Below, piece by piece: positions 12,625 to 25,600 of a stretch of DNA of 64,000 bases. The first letter of the stretch is position 1. The number at the start of each line of letters is the position of its first letter. The translations under genes were made by a program, and so were the position numbers. Origin of the DNA: Camelus dromedarius (lineage: Eukaryota); NCBI RefSeq assembly GCF_036321535.1, contig NC_087437.1, positions 73,596,001 through 73,660,000 on the forward strand. The letters are read 5' to 3'. Below the pieces are notes generated by a model. The model saw only the letters and a list, made by a program, of their open reading frames with translations. It searched no databases and was not told where the DNA came from.

Positions 12625-13160
12625 TATACATCTACCACATGACCCAGCCATTCTGTCCTATATACTTACCCAAGAGAATGAAGGCATATTTCCAAAGACT
12701 TGTATATGAATGTTTATAGTAGATTATTCATAATAGTTCAATCATGGGCATGACCCAAATATCCAACAAAAGATGAATGGATAAACAAATCGTAGTAAAT
12801 TCATATATTACTTCTCAGAAACTGTAAGAAATAGTTATTAACATGTACAACAATATATATGAAAATCAAAATAAATTTTATGAATATAAAAAGCCAGCCA
12901 GATAGAATATATACTGTATAATTCCATTTATATAAAATTATAGAAAATGCAATCTAATCAGTCGTGACAGAAAACATATCAGTAATTACCGGGTACAAAT
13001 GTGGGAGAGAGGATGGATTATAAAAGGGCATGAGGAAACTTCGGAGGTGAATGAAATCATTATTTGGATTATGGTGATGGTTTTTCAGTATGCATATATG
13101 TCAGAACTCATCAAATGTATATTTTAAGTATGTGTGTTATGCTAAATATATATTCTACTT
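12625..13160 (+). mobile_element. Second L1 3' fragment (L1ME-like)
   Basis: Repeats the ORF2-end motifs (catgacccagccattc, aatgtttatagt, gatgaatggataaacaaat), then 3' UTR ggcatgaggaaacttcggaggtga. Confidence 0.8.
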
Positions 13161-13309
13161 CATAATGATACGTATATTTAAATATAAGGTGAAAATAGCA
13201 TATTGATTAGGTCAATATATAATTCGAAGTAATTTGACAAAATCTGATGTCCATTCCTTATTTTCAAAAATAAGGATAAATAGAAAAATTCCCCATTATA
13301 ATAATTATT

Positions 13310-13711
13310 GCACCAGACACTATGTTTATGTTTATCAGATAGTTTTGTTTTCTTCTTTGGACCAGAGGAAGGCAACATCTCCCAGCTCTTTACTGGGTGT
13401 AGCTATAGGATTAGCCTTAACCAATGGACTGTGCACAGAAGTGATGTGTGCTATTTTTTAGGCCTGGAACCATTTCCCCATGAGTTCTTACATTTCCTAC
13501 CTTCTCTGGACAAATGCTGAAGATTAATTTTATGATTCTGTCCAAGGCAGAGCCACAAGGTGGATAAAGCCTGTGTCTCTGAATCCTTTATAGAAAGCTG
13601 ATCTCCATTCTGGAATGTATTCTAATGTGAACAAGAAAAGTTTTTATCCTGATAACTCACTGGGAATTTGGAATTTCTCATTACAGAACTTAGTCTTCTC
13701 TAATTGATACA
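13310..13711 (+). mobile_element. Old MaLR LTR (MLT1J/H-like)
   Basis: ccaatggactgtgcacagaagtgatgtgtgc, gcagagccacaaggtgga; ends taattgataca. Confidence 0.7.
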
Positions 13712-15060
13712 GATATCAAAAACATATAGGAATATATAGGAATAAGCTTAGCAGAAAACATATATGAGTAGTAGTATAGTATTATACAGAATTATTTTTA
13801 GAACAGTTTACAATATTATGAGGAATGTAAGAGAAGGCTAAAGTAAATGGAAACTTAAACTACTTTTTTTGATAGCACAACTGATGTTACAAGGTATAAA
13901 TTTTCATAAATTATTCTATACATTTTGATTAAAAATAAAGTTCATTTGGAAAAATGTCTGTCCTGATATCCAGGATATTTTTTAAAGGAAAAAATAGGTA
14001 GAGGTTGACAGGTATCAGTTCTATCAAATATTGAAACTTAAATGCTTCATGTAAAGGAAAATATATATCCAGAAAATTAATGAACATAAGTTCATAAAAT
14101 TCATATTGAAACTTAACAAGTTACAATAATGGAAACAATCTGATACTAGACAGAAAATTATGTCCAGACAAATCCATGGATATAAAGTCCATAAAAAGGA
14201 TTTTCTTTTAATGATAAATGTGGTAGATGAAATCAGTGATAGAAAAAGGGAGTCAATAAAGTTAAAACAGCTTGATAATTATTTGGAAAAAATCTGGAAT
14301 TTCTACTTTACTCCTTGCACCAAAATAAAGTTTAAATTAGCAAAAATTTAAAAATTAAACTGTGAAGTTTTATAAGAGAAGATGTAAAAATGTATGTTTG
14401 AGGAGGGTTGCAGGGAAAACCACAAAACCCAAAACCATAAATGGAAAATATTGAAGATTTTGATTGCATAAATACTCAATATTTCTGCATGTTATAAATA
14501 ACACAAAGTTAAAAGACAAATAAAATTGTGAAAGTAGTTGCAAAAATATGGTATAGACTAAATATATTATGCACAATTAGCTCAGACATACTTAAAAAAA
14601 GGTCAAATGACAGAAAATAAAAATAAATAGTTTGTAAAATACAAAATATGCCCAACCTTACTCATAATCAAATAAGTGGAAATCAAAACAAAAGACACAT
14701 TTCTCTCAGATTGGTAAAGGTTAATTTTCTTATGCTGGGGAAAATTTATGCTTCTCTATACTACTGGGAGTAGTGTTAATTTTGCAAAGTTTTAGAGGGG
14801 AATTAGGAAATATGTATTTTAGAATATTCATACCCTGTGGTCCAGAAAATCTATTCTAGGAAGTTGGCCAATAAAACAAAATATCACAAAATTATTCTAT
14901 GTTGTAAGCATAAGAATGCTTATTGTAACACTATTTTTAATAGGAAAATGCTAGTTTTACTATGGGCTTTCTTAATCAATTCATTATATTCATCCCATGG
15001 AATATTGTACACCTGCTGTAAATGAGTTAGTTTAAGTATAATAATATGAAAAATTCAGAA
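13712..15060 (+). mobile_element. Highly decayed L1 (L1ME-like) ORF2 3' region
   Basis: A-rich, with residual motifs ttcatttggaaaaat, tactttactccttgcaccaaaataaa, catggaatattgtacacctg. Confidence 0.6.
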
Positions 15061-15067
15061 TGCAAAT

Positions 15068-17345
15068 GTGGATTTCCACCTCAGGCCATAATGAAATGAT
15101 AGGGAGGAGATAGTCCTCCCATCCTTAAACAAATGGAAAACTGGACAAAGTATATGAAACTGTAGTTTTTGAGACCACAATTGGACCACAGAGCACATAT
15201 AATTTTGATCCTCGAAAGAAGGAAACAAATGGGGTAGGTGAACCTTAAGTTCTTGTTATCTGTTGGAGGTAATTTTCAGGTTGCAACACCTGGAGATTTT
15301 ACTGAATTCAGGAGGCAGAAATTCTAATTAGATAAGATCAAGGTGGTTAGAAAACTGTCAGAATACCAGAAAGAAAGGAGTTACACAAAGACGGAGCTCC
15401 AGATATCTGTAGTGGGGGCATTTTAAGTGAGTACCAGTCTGTATATGTACAGGAGGAAAATTACCCAAGGCTGGGGAAAGAACATCTGGAAGGCAGTGGG
15501 CTTAACAATTCTTGGAGTTTACATGGGGCTGAGTAGAGTTTGTGATTTCAGCAGCAAAGTGGAAAGATCTCTTAATACACAGGACATTTGGTAGATTCTC
15601 AAGAGGCATTGCTTTATACATGGGCTAAAATATCCTAGACTATGAGCTGCTCTGGACCTGACCTAACCTTATAAACAAGGCTCAGAGGGGCAGAAATGAC
15701 TCTAAATAACTTAACAACACACAACAATAAAGTCAAACGCTATTTTTAAAAATATAACAACATCCAGGACAATGTTGCATTAACATTCAAAATGTATATT
15801 GTCCAGCGAAAAGTTCCCAGACATACAAAGAAGCAGGAAAATATGATCTATCATGATAAAAATCAAGGAATAGATACAGACCTAGAAATAACACGGACGA
15901 TGGAATTAGGAGACAAAGGCATTAAAACAGGTATTATAAATACGCTCCATATGTTCAAGAACATAGGGAAAAGCCATGATGAGGGGAGAAATGGAAAAAT
16001 TTGAAAAGATCCCAATACAACTTCTGCAGATGGAAAACAATATTTGGAATGAAAAATATAGATTAGATAGAGTATTAATTAGTTTGCTAGGGCTCCCATA
16101 ATAAAGTGGCTTAAACCAGAGAAGTTTACTTTCTCATAATTCTGGAAGCTAGAAGTCCAAGATCAAGCTGTTGGCAAGGCTGGCAAGCTGTCTGCTTCAC
16201 AGACAGTCATCTTCTTATGGTATCTTCACATGGCTTTTCCTCTGTTTTCTAATCTCCTCTTCTTAAAGGACACCAGTCATATTGGATTAGGGCCCAACTC
16301 AATGACCACATTTAACCTTGATTACCTCTTTAAAGAAAGACCCTTTGTCCCAATACAGTCACATTATAAGGTACTGGGGGTTAGGACTTCAATATATAAT
16401 TTTGAGTGGGGCACAAGTCAGTCCATTATAAATGAGGTTAACAAGAGATCAGACACTCGAAGAAAAGATCAGTGAATTTGAAGACATACCAATAGAAACT
16501 ATTTAAAATGAAATACAGAGAGGAAAAATGACTGGACAAAATGAACACAGGATAGGTGAGATGTAAAATAAAATAATGCAATTTAACTTACGTGTAATTG
16601 GGTGAAGACGTAGAAAAATACCTGGAGAAATAATAGTTAATAATGTTTGAAATTTGGTGAAAACTATAAACCCACAGATTAAATCCACTCAGTGAATCTG
16701 AGCAGAAGAAAACCACACCAAAGATTGCAATCAAATTGCTAAAAACAAATAACAAAGAAAAATTTGAAAGCAGTCAGAGGAAAAGGATTCACCACATACA
16801 GATAAACAAACTGCAAATGATTTCTTGTCAGAAGTTTTGCAAGCCAAGAGACAAGGTAGTTACACCGTTAAAATTCTGAATGAAAAATTTGTCAATGTAG
16901 AATTTTGTACTTGCAAAAGAATCTTTCAAAAATGAAAGGAGAGACTTTTTAGATAAATAAAAGCTGAGAGAATTATTAGCAAATTTGCACTACCTTTAAC
17001 TTCGGGTTAAAGAAAATTATACAAGATGGAAGTTTGAAGTCATGTCATAAAATGAAGAATACTGAAAATTCTAAGTATGTGGGACCTATAAAAGATATTT
17101 TTCTCATTTTTAATATTTTTGACAGATAACTGACTATTTTAAACAAGATAATAAAACTCTATAACATATGAAGAAATGTATGACAAGAGTAAAGAGGACA
17201 GGATGTGTGAAATATACATGATGTGGCTTAATGTTACTTGGTGTATACTGTGATGCATGAAAGCTGTATGCTAGAACAACGAAAAACAAAACAAAGAAGT
17301 ACATTAGTAGGACAAAAGTTAGAGATTAAAAAAAATCAAAGTGCA
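15068..17345 (+). mobile_element. Old L1 5' region (5' UTR / ORF1 / inter-ORF), interrupted by an MLT1 LTR
   Basis: ORF1-like remnants (gatcagtgaatttgaagac, aaaactataaacccacagatt, atcaaattgctaaaaacaaataacaaagaaaa, tctttcaaaaatgaagg). Confidence 0.75.
16071..16430 (-). mobile_element. MaLR solo LTR, MLT1B/C-like
   Basis: tagtttgctagggct, tctggaagctagaagtccaagatcaag, ggacaccagtcatattggattagggccca, ggtactgggggttaggacttcaa. Confidence 0.88.
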
Positions 17346-18799
17346 ACAGAGTGTACGTTTCTTTTGGAGAAATATTTTTGATAGTTTCAAAAGATATTAA
17401 CTTATTGTATTTAGAATAGTAAACCTGTGGTGGAAAAAGAGAAGTATTTTTTACATTTCATTCTATATTTGAATATTCTTCAATTGTGAATGTATTAGTT
17501 TTAAATTAATTAATTATTTTATTTATTAATGATAGTCACTAGCTGGACTTACGGGTCATTTTGTTTTCTTTATACTTTTCTGACTTAAAAACTAGTAATT
17601 GTCATTGTTAAATAACATACATTAAAATAATTTTCTACCTCCTACATTTTGACATCACAGTATAGCAAAGGATAATTATAATCCTAGTTCAAATGCTAAA
17701 ATTCTATGCCATCATGAATAAATTTATTTGAATAAATCTTCACTCTATATGTATATGTTGATCTTCTACTTACTACTTTCCTTTTTATGAAATATCCAAG
17801 GGAAAATAATATAAAAGATCACATGTGTAATTTAATTGAATTACAAAATATTATTTGCTATAAAACACAATAAAGTTAAGCCTGAATGAAACAAAGTCCA
17901 TTGAATGACATATGAAATATCTATTTACAATTCTGAGGCCCCTACTTCCTGGGAAAGCACATGTTTTGAGATGACCACCACAAAGTTTTCCAAGAAGTGT
18001 GTAATAAGCAAAGATCTGTTTATTCCAGCATTCATTAGGTAAGGAAAAGCCACAATGGGGACTCTAGAACCTAAATGCCACTCTAATGGAAAGACTATTG
18101 TCTTGGGCATATTTCTTGCCTTGATATGACATCTAATTTTGATAAATGCTTCTCTTTCGTTTCCACATCTACACTGAAGTCAAAACATATAATACAAACA
18201 GGCAGTATTTGATTTGATATGATACCTTACAGCTATCAAATTTTTATGATGATCTCATCAGACCATGTTGTTGCAAATGGAAATAAGTATGGGAAATGCT
18301 GTTTTCATAGACCAAAGTATAAATGCCACGTCATTATAAGTAGAATTATAAAGCACATAGCAACCTTAATTTTTCCCTTTGCATAGAAAATAAAGATACA
18401 TTTCTGTCATTCTTTAGTTTATCTCTTCTTCATAAGAGTGCTTAGAGAGGTATGAATGTTGACAGTGGACAATTGTGCAGGTTAGTTTCTGGATCTCCTT
18501 CCCCAATAAACTCCTGAGGGGAGAAAGTTGAAAAGAACAGAATGTAGAATAAGTACTGAGCTGATTGATTTTCCTGAGAACAGAACCTCTTCTGCAGGCA
18601 TTTCATACTGGCTTAACTTCTTTTCCCAGAAACATAAGAGAAGCTTGCAAGTTAAGGGAGTACGGGGAATAGGGGTGAAGGGTCCTGAACAAATCTATTT
18701 ATATCGTATCTTCTGCGAATTTATCTTCCAAGTATAACATGTCCTATTTGCCCATTCATTTATTAATTTAATTATAAAACATTAATGAAATATTAAATG

Positions 18800-19230
18800 T
18801 AACGAAGGACTTTGTACATCACACTAGGAATCTTGAACTTCATTCCACAGGCAATAGGTAGCCAGTATGTTTTAAGCAGAAGAATTACATGATCAAATTT
18901 GTTTTCCACAAAGACTCCTTTGATAGCAGGGCAGTTGTTTGATTGGAGAAAGGTCACTTTAAACAAAGAGAAATGTAATAGGAGAATGTTGCAGTCCTCT
19001 AGCCCCTGTGACTAGGCATTGCCAGTGGAGATGGAAATAAGGGAATTCAGAGGTATTTAGGAGGTTAAAGCAGCAGGGAATTTGGAAGGTGGGTAGAACA
19101 GGGAAGGGCCAGTGGTCACTTTCAGTCTGGGGAAATAGGAGACTGGATGGATGATAAGACTTTCACTGAGATAGCAGACATAAACAGAAGAGAAGAATTG
19201 GGGGTGGGGAGCGGATTGATTTAGTTTTTT
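18800..19230 (-). mobile_element. LINE-2 fragment
   Basis: ttttaagcagaagaattacatgatcaaatttgtttt, gccagtggagatggaaataag, agaggtatttaggagg. Confidence 0.65.
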
Positions 19231-19620
19231 TTTTTAAATTTAGTTTTAAGATGTATACATGTACAAACTTGAGAAAGCTATGGGGTATTTGGAGAAATCG
19301 AATGGACAATTATCAGCTATGATCATTTTAAATAGCATTGATTATTTTTCTTTAATTTTTAAAATCAATATATGTTCTTTGTAGATAGTTTGGGGAAAAG
19401 TAAGAAGAAAGGAGAAAATAACATTCACCTATAAATTGTCCATCCTGACATGACAGCTCCTGTGGCTAATGTTTTGAAGCATTTCTTTCTAATAGTTTTC
19501 TATTGATTTTCTTTCTTCACACAATTGGGTAATACTTTTGTTTCTTGATTTTTTAATGAAAACTTCCCATGTAATTAAACATTCCTCTAAATATGATCTT
19601 TTAAAATATTTTATTAATTA

Positions 19621-19766
19621 TTTTTTATTTTTTTTAACATTTTTTATTGATTTATAATCATTTTACAATGTTGTGTCAAATTCCAGTGTTCAGCACAATT
19701 TTTCAGTCATACATGGACATATACACACTCATTGTCACATTTTTTTCTCTGTGAGCTACCATAACG
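19621..19766 (-). mobile_element. Young, severely 5'-truncated L1 (camelid-type 3' end)
   Basis: T-rich tail followed by attgatttataatcattttacaatgttgtgtcaaattccagtg; perfect 19-bp TSD taaaatattttattaatta (19602-19620, 19767-19785). Confidence 0.92.
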
Positions 19767-19785
19767 TAAAATATTTTATTAATTA

Positions 19786-22580
19786 TATACGGTAAAAATC
19801 ACTCATCCTTATGCATAGTTCTGTGAGCTTTCAAAACAGCTTAGAGTTGTGCACCTACCACCGTAATGAAGATACAGAGCAGTTCCCTCACCATCCGCAG
19901 AAAATTCCCCATACTTCTCCTCTGTGGTTAATCCCTCCACCACCCCAAACTGGCGATCACTAATTTTTCATTAACTAGTAATCGTCATTTTGTCTTTTCC
20001 ATGATCTCATACGATGGAACAATTTCAAATATACTCATATTGTTGCCCTTTTATCATTGATTAGCATTTTATGATATGAACACACCAGAGTTTGCTCATC
20101 CATTTATGGACTGAAGGACATCTGAGTTGCTTCCAGTTTTCAGCAATTATGAACAGAATGCTAAAACATTCATATAGGTTTTTGTGTAAACATAAGTTTC
20201 ATTTCTCTTGGGTAAATACCTAGGAGTAGGATTGCTGTATCATAAATATTTAGATTAGACATATAACAAACTGGCAAGGTGTTTTCCAAAGTGGCCATAC
20301 TATTTTTCATTCTCACAAGCAAAGTATGAGTCGCTCTCCATCCTCATCAGCACTTGACATTGACAGTATTTTAAAGCCACTTTAATAGACGTGTAATGGT
20401 ATCTCATTGTGGTTTTAATATGTATTCCCTTGATGAGTAGTGATGTTGAGCATTCTGTCACATGGTTATTGGGATCCATATTCTTCTTTGGTGAAATATT
20501 CAAACCTCTATCCCTTTTTAAAAATGGAGTTTTGTTTTCTTATTATCGAGTTTTCAGAATTCTTTATGTGTTCTGGGTCAAGTCCTTCATCAAATATGTG
20601 ATTGGCAAATATTTCCTCCCAGTGTGTGGTTTGTTTTTCATCCTCTTAACAGGGCAAAGTTTATATTTTGATAAGGTCAATTTTTAATTGTTTTCTTCCA
20701 TAGATTGTGCTTTTGGTATATCTAAAATTCCTTTGTTTAACCCATGGCACAAAGTTTTTCTTTTACACTTCCTTCTGTAAATTTTATAATTTTAGCTTTT
20801 ACATATAGGTATATGTATTAATTTGAGCTAATTTTTACATAAGGTTTGAGGTGTGTATTGGGTTTTTCTTTTCTGTGTGTATGTATTTAATTGTTCTACC
20901 ACCATTTGTGTAGTAGACTATCATTTCCCTGTCAGATTTGTTTCGCACTACTGTCAGAGCCAACTGACGGTAGTCATGTGGGCCAATTTCTGCACTTGCT
21001 GTTCTGTTCCACTGACCTGTGTGTCTGTCCTTTCAGGAGTACTACACTGTCTTCATTACTATGGCTTTTATAGTAAATCTTGAAATCAGATCGTATGTAA
21101 CTTTCATGTTTTTCAGAAAAGTTTGTTTTAGTCCCTTTGCCTAACCATATATATTTTATAAACAGCTTGTCAATATGTGCAAAATAATCCTGCTGGGAAT
21201 TTGACTAAGTTTGTAATGAACTTATTGATCAGTCTAGGGAGAACTGACATCCTAGTGATACTGAATTCTCCAATTAATGAACAACATGATTTATCTCTCC
21301 ATTATTTCAATCTTTGATTCTTTCTTTAGTGTTTTTAGTTTTTAGGATGCTGATCCTAGACATTTTTGACCTTGTATTTTGTGACTATGTTAAACATAAT
21401 TGTTAGGGCTAAGTGCTTTTTGGTAAATTAAAAAAATTTTTTTAATGTAGAAGATCATATTTGATAATAAAGTCTTATTTCCTCCTTGCCAATATGTACT
21501 CCTTTTAATTCTTTGCCTTGCTTCTGATATTCGGAGGAAAATATCCAGGCTTCACCACTGAGTATTATGTTAGCCATAATTTTTTAATCAATGTGTGTAT
21601 GTATTTTGATAGATGACTGTATGTCAGGGTTCTCCTAGGAAACAATCAGTAGGAGATCTCTCTTCTGTAGGTATAGACATAGATAGGCATATATGCCTAT
21701 ATGCTTATATAGATATGGATACCTATATGCCTATTTATATCTATAACTCTATCTAGAGAGATTTATTAGGAGGAATTGGCTCTCACGATAATGAAGATCT
21801 GAGAGGTCCTATGGCCTTGCAAGCTGGAGACATAGGAAAGCTGGTGGTGAATTCTAGTCCCAGTCTGAAGGCCAGAGAACCAGGAAGTGGTGTAAATTCC
21901 AGTCCAAGGGCAAAAGGAGACTGATGGCTCAAGCAAACAGGCAGGAAACAAAAAGGGTGAATTCCGCCTTCTGCCACCTTTTTGTCCTGTTCAGGCCAGG
22001 ATTGGATGATACCTACCACATCAGCATGGGAGAAATCTATTTTACAAGTCCACTGATTCAGATGCTAATCTTATCTGGAAACACCCTCGCAGACGCACCC
22101 AGAAATAATGTTTAATCTGGACATTCTTTTGTACAAAGTGACAAATAATATTAACCATCACAATGACCTTTGTCAAACTAGGGAATTTCTCATGTATTCC
22201 TCACTTAGTGAGATCATGAATGCAAGTTGAAAATTTTTTTTGTAACTTTTGAGATGATCATATATTTCTTAATCTCCAGAATGTTGGTACAGTGAATTAT
22301 ATTGATTGATTTTCGGTTGTTTGCCCCGCTTTTCATTTTGAGACAGAGACCACTTAGTTGAGAAGATGTATTATCTTCTCCAGCAACATGTTGCTGGATT
22401 CAATTTCATATTATTTTGTTTAGGAGTTTTGTATCTTATGTTTATGAGGGATATTGATCTGTAGTTTTCTTTTGGTGTTGGTGTCTGGTTTGATATCAGG
22501 GTAATTCTGGCCTAATAAAATAATTTGGGAAGAGTTTTCTGGAAGAGATTGTATAGGATTGGCATTACTTTCCTTAAATA
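19786..22580 (-). mobile_element. Old L1 (L1MC-like) 3' UTR plus ORF2 remnant, interrupted by MLT2
   Basis: Antisense L1 motifs gggtaaatacctaggagtaggattgctg, tggtatctcattgtggttttaat, gttgctggattcaattt, gagggatattgatctgtagttttctt. Confidence 0.88.
21618..22162 (-). mobile_element. ERVL solo LTR, MLT2-type
   Basis: tgtatgtcagggttctcc...gaggaattggctc...cccagaaataatgttt...attaaccatcaca; perfect 5-bp TSD atgac. Confidence 0.92.
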
Positions 22581-24180
22581 TGAAGAAATTCCCTTAGTAT
22601 ATTATTTGGGGTAGATCTATTGCAAACAGATTCTCTTAGTTTTCTTTCATCTAGTAATATCTTTATTTCACCTTTATGTCTAATGAATGTTTTCATTGGC
22701 TATAAATTTTTGGGTTCACAGTTCTTTTCTTTCAGTATCTACAAGATTGCTTTACTCTTCTCTAGCATTCTATTTCCTTTACTGTTTTCTAGTGAGAAAA
22801 CTGCCTTCATTTGAATTGTTGCCCCCTATATGTAATTTATCATTTTTCTCTCACTACTTTAAAGATTTTTTTCTTTATCTTTGATACTTAGCAGTTTGAT
22901 TATGATATATCTGAACATGGTATTTCACGTCTGAGTTTATCTTGTTTAGGGTTTACTGAGCTTCTTGAATCTCTCAATCTATGTCTTTCATTAATTTGGG
23001 GGATATTTTAGCCAATATTTCTTCAAGTATTGTTTTCTGTACCACTTTCTTTCTCTCTCCTTAAAGGACTCCTGTGACAAGAATGTTAGAACTTTTGATA
23101 TTGTCCCACAGGGACCTAAAACTTACATTTTTCCAATATACTCTTCTCCATTGGGATAGTTTCTGTTGATCTATTTCCAAGTTCCCAGATTATCTTCTGT
23201 TGTCTCTATTCTGTTGAACTCATAAGTGAATTAAGAATAATTTACATATTATGTTTTTTCAGTTCTAAAGTTTTCATTTTTACTTTAATTTTCTGCTGAA
23301 AATTTCTGTTTTCCCATTTATTTCAAGTGCATTTACTTTTAATTAATGGAACAATAATCATATTATCTGCTGTAAAATTGCTGTGCAATTCCAACAATTG
23401 GGTTGTTTTATATTTGGCAACTGTTAATTATTTTTTTTGACCTTAATACTTCATTATATTGTCCTGGATTTTTGCATGTTGAGTATTTTTGGATATATAC
23501 TGTACACTTCAAACATTATATTTTGAGAGTCTGGGTTCTGTTAAAATTCTATTGACAATGTTGACTTTGTTGTGGTTTTGGCAGACATTTAACCTATTTA
23601 GGGTTGGATAACAGTTTCTTTTCTTACCTTATTTAGTAGTGGTTTAAATATCAGGTTAGTTTTCAAGCCTCTGCCACATTGCTTTGGGTCTGTGCCACTC
23701 ATGTGCCATGCAGGGATCAGTCAGGAATTAGGATCATGCTTTATATTGTAGTTCAAGTCTCAAAGCTTTTTCTGTTACTTTGGATCTTTCCTATGCTCTT
23801 ACAGCTCAGAGGTAAGCTTAGGACTTTGGCTGATTTATGCATAGAATATAGAAAATTCCCTTCTTCAGCTTTCTCTTCTATTGGATTCCTCTATACTTTC
23901 TATCTTACAGAGGACCTTTAGCCCTGTTCACTGACACAAAAGATTAGGTTTTGCTATGACCGGGGTATACTCTCACCTTTCTATCATGAGGGAAAAGAGG
24001 AGAAAAATCCTGGGAAAGTCACACTTATGTGTATTCCTTCCTCTAGCTTTGACTTTCCCTCCCCAATCTGCTTATGGACACTTTTCAGCATCCTCAAGTA
24101 ACTACATTTTGCATTTTAGTCCAGAGATTGTAGTTGTAATCAGTTGAGGAGTCAGGCTATAGTCAGCTCCTAGATTTTGA
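22581..24180 (-). mobile_element. Old L1 ORF1 / 5' region
   Basis: Antisense ORF1-like motifs (gattctcttagttttc, tcttgatacttagcagtttgattatgat-like, tttactgagcttcttgaatct, gttgatctatttccaagttc). Confidence 0.7.
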
Positions 24181-24387
24181 CTGGCAATAGTAATTTTTAT
24201 AAATATAATTTTTTTAATTACATTATAATGCACTTTATAAATATCTTAACATTTAGAACTGCTTTTCTAGTTGAGAACATTCAGATCTTTTTCATTTCAC
24301 CAAAGTTCTTCTAAAAACACTACAGAGAACATTACTGAAAATAAACATTTCTCTATATGTCTGATGACTTAAAAATAAGCTCCTCTA

Positions 24388-25145
24388 GGTGTGGAGAAAA
24401 AGGACCCCTCCTACACTGTCAGTGGGAATGTAGTTTGGTGCAGCCATTATGGAAAAAAGTACGGAGATTCCTCAAAAAACTAAAAAAAGACTTACCATAT
24501 GATCCAACAATCCCACTCCTGGGCATATATCCAGAGGGGGCCTTAATTCAAAAAGACACATGCACCCCAATGTTCATAGTAGCACTATTTACAATAGCCA
24601 AGACATGGAAACAACCGAAATGTCCATTGACAGATGACTGGATAAAGAAGTTGTGGTATATTTATACAATGGAATACTACTCAGCCATAGGAAAGAATAA
24701 AACAATGCCATTTTCAGCAGCATGGATGTCCCTGGAGAATGTTATTCTAAGTGAAGTAAGCCAGAAGGAGAAAGAAAAATACCATATGGTATCATTCATA
24801 TGTGGAATCTAAAAAAAAAAAAAGACAAATGAACTTATATATAAAACAGAAACAGACTCACAGACATAGAAAACAAACTTATGGTTACCAGCGTGGAAGG
24901 GCATGGGAAGTGATAAATTAGGAATTCAAGAGTTGCAGATACTGACTGGTATACATAAAATAGATAAATAAGGTTATACTGTATAGCACAGGGAACTATA
25001 TTTGATATCTTGTAGTAGCTTATGGTGAAAAGAATATGAAAATAAATATATGTGTATTCATGTATAACTGAAGCAATTTGCTGTACACCAGATATTGACA
25101 CAATGTTGTAAACTGACTATACTTCAATTAAAAAAAAAAAAGAAC
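24388..25145 (+). mobile_element. Young 5'-truncated L1 (camelid-type): ORF2 C-terminus, 3' UTR, poly(A)
   Basis: Open frame [21 protein letters not shown]...TCTPMFIVALFTIAKTWKQPKCP...YTMEYYSAI to the stop at 24812; poly(A); TSD aagctcctcta (24377-24387, 25146-25156). Confidence 0.95.
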
Positions 25146-25339
25146 AAGCTCCTCTAATTTAATTCACTAAGTCAAAGCATGTAAGTTTTTTACTGCTAAG
25201 CCATTTTCACTTTACCTTGTAAGTGACAGGACATATGTGCTGAAGTGATTTTATCGGCTTTATACTTGGGGTGGAAAACTCTGGTGGCCATATGGGAATT
25301 GGCTGAATAGGAAGGAGAGGGAGGTGGAGGGGTCATTCA

Positions 25340-25600
25340 TGAGTTAATTACAATGTTTTGAGTTAGAAACTCTAAGTGCATGAACTAAGGCAATGGCTCT
25401 AGAGATGAGGAGGAGGAAGAGATGGCCTAAGTTATTTTTAAAACAGAATTTTGGTGACAGAGAAGAAAGGAGCCCAGGATAAGTCAAGAGTGACCTGGGC
25501 TTTGGATGACTCAGAGAGCCAGGAAATAGGAAGCAAGAAGGAGAATGAGAAGTGCTCACTTGGAAAATTCTTGAGGGAAGTGGTGTTGCTACAGGAAATC
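25340..25600 (-). mobile_element. LINE-2 fragment
   Basis: tgaactaaggcaatggc...aacagaattttggtgacag...gtcaagagtgacctgggctttgg. Confidence 0.55.
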
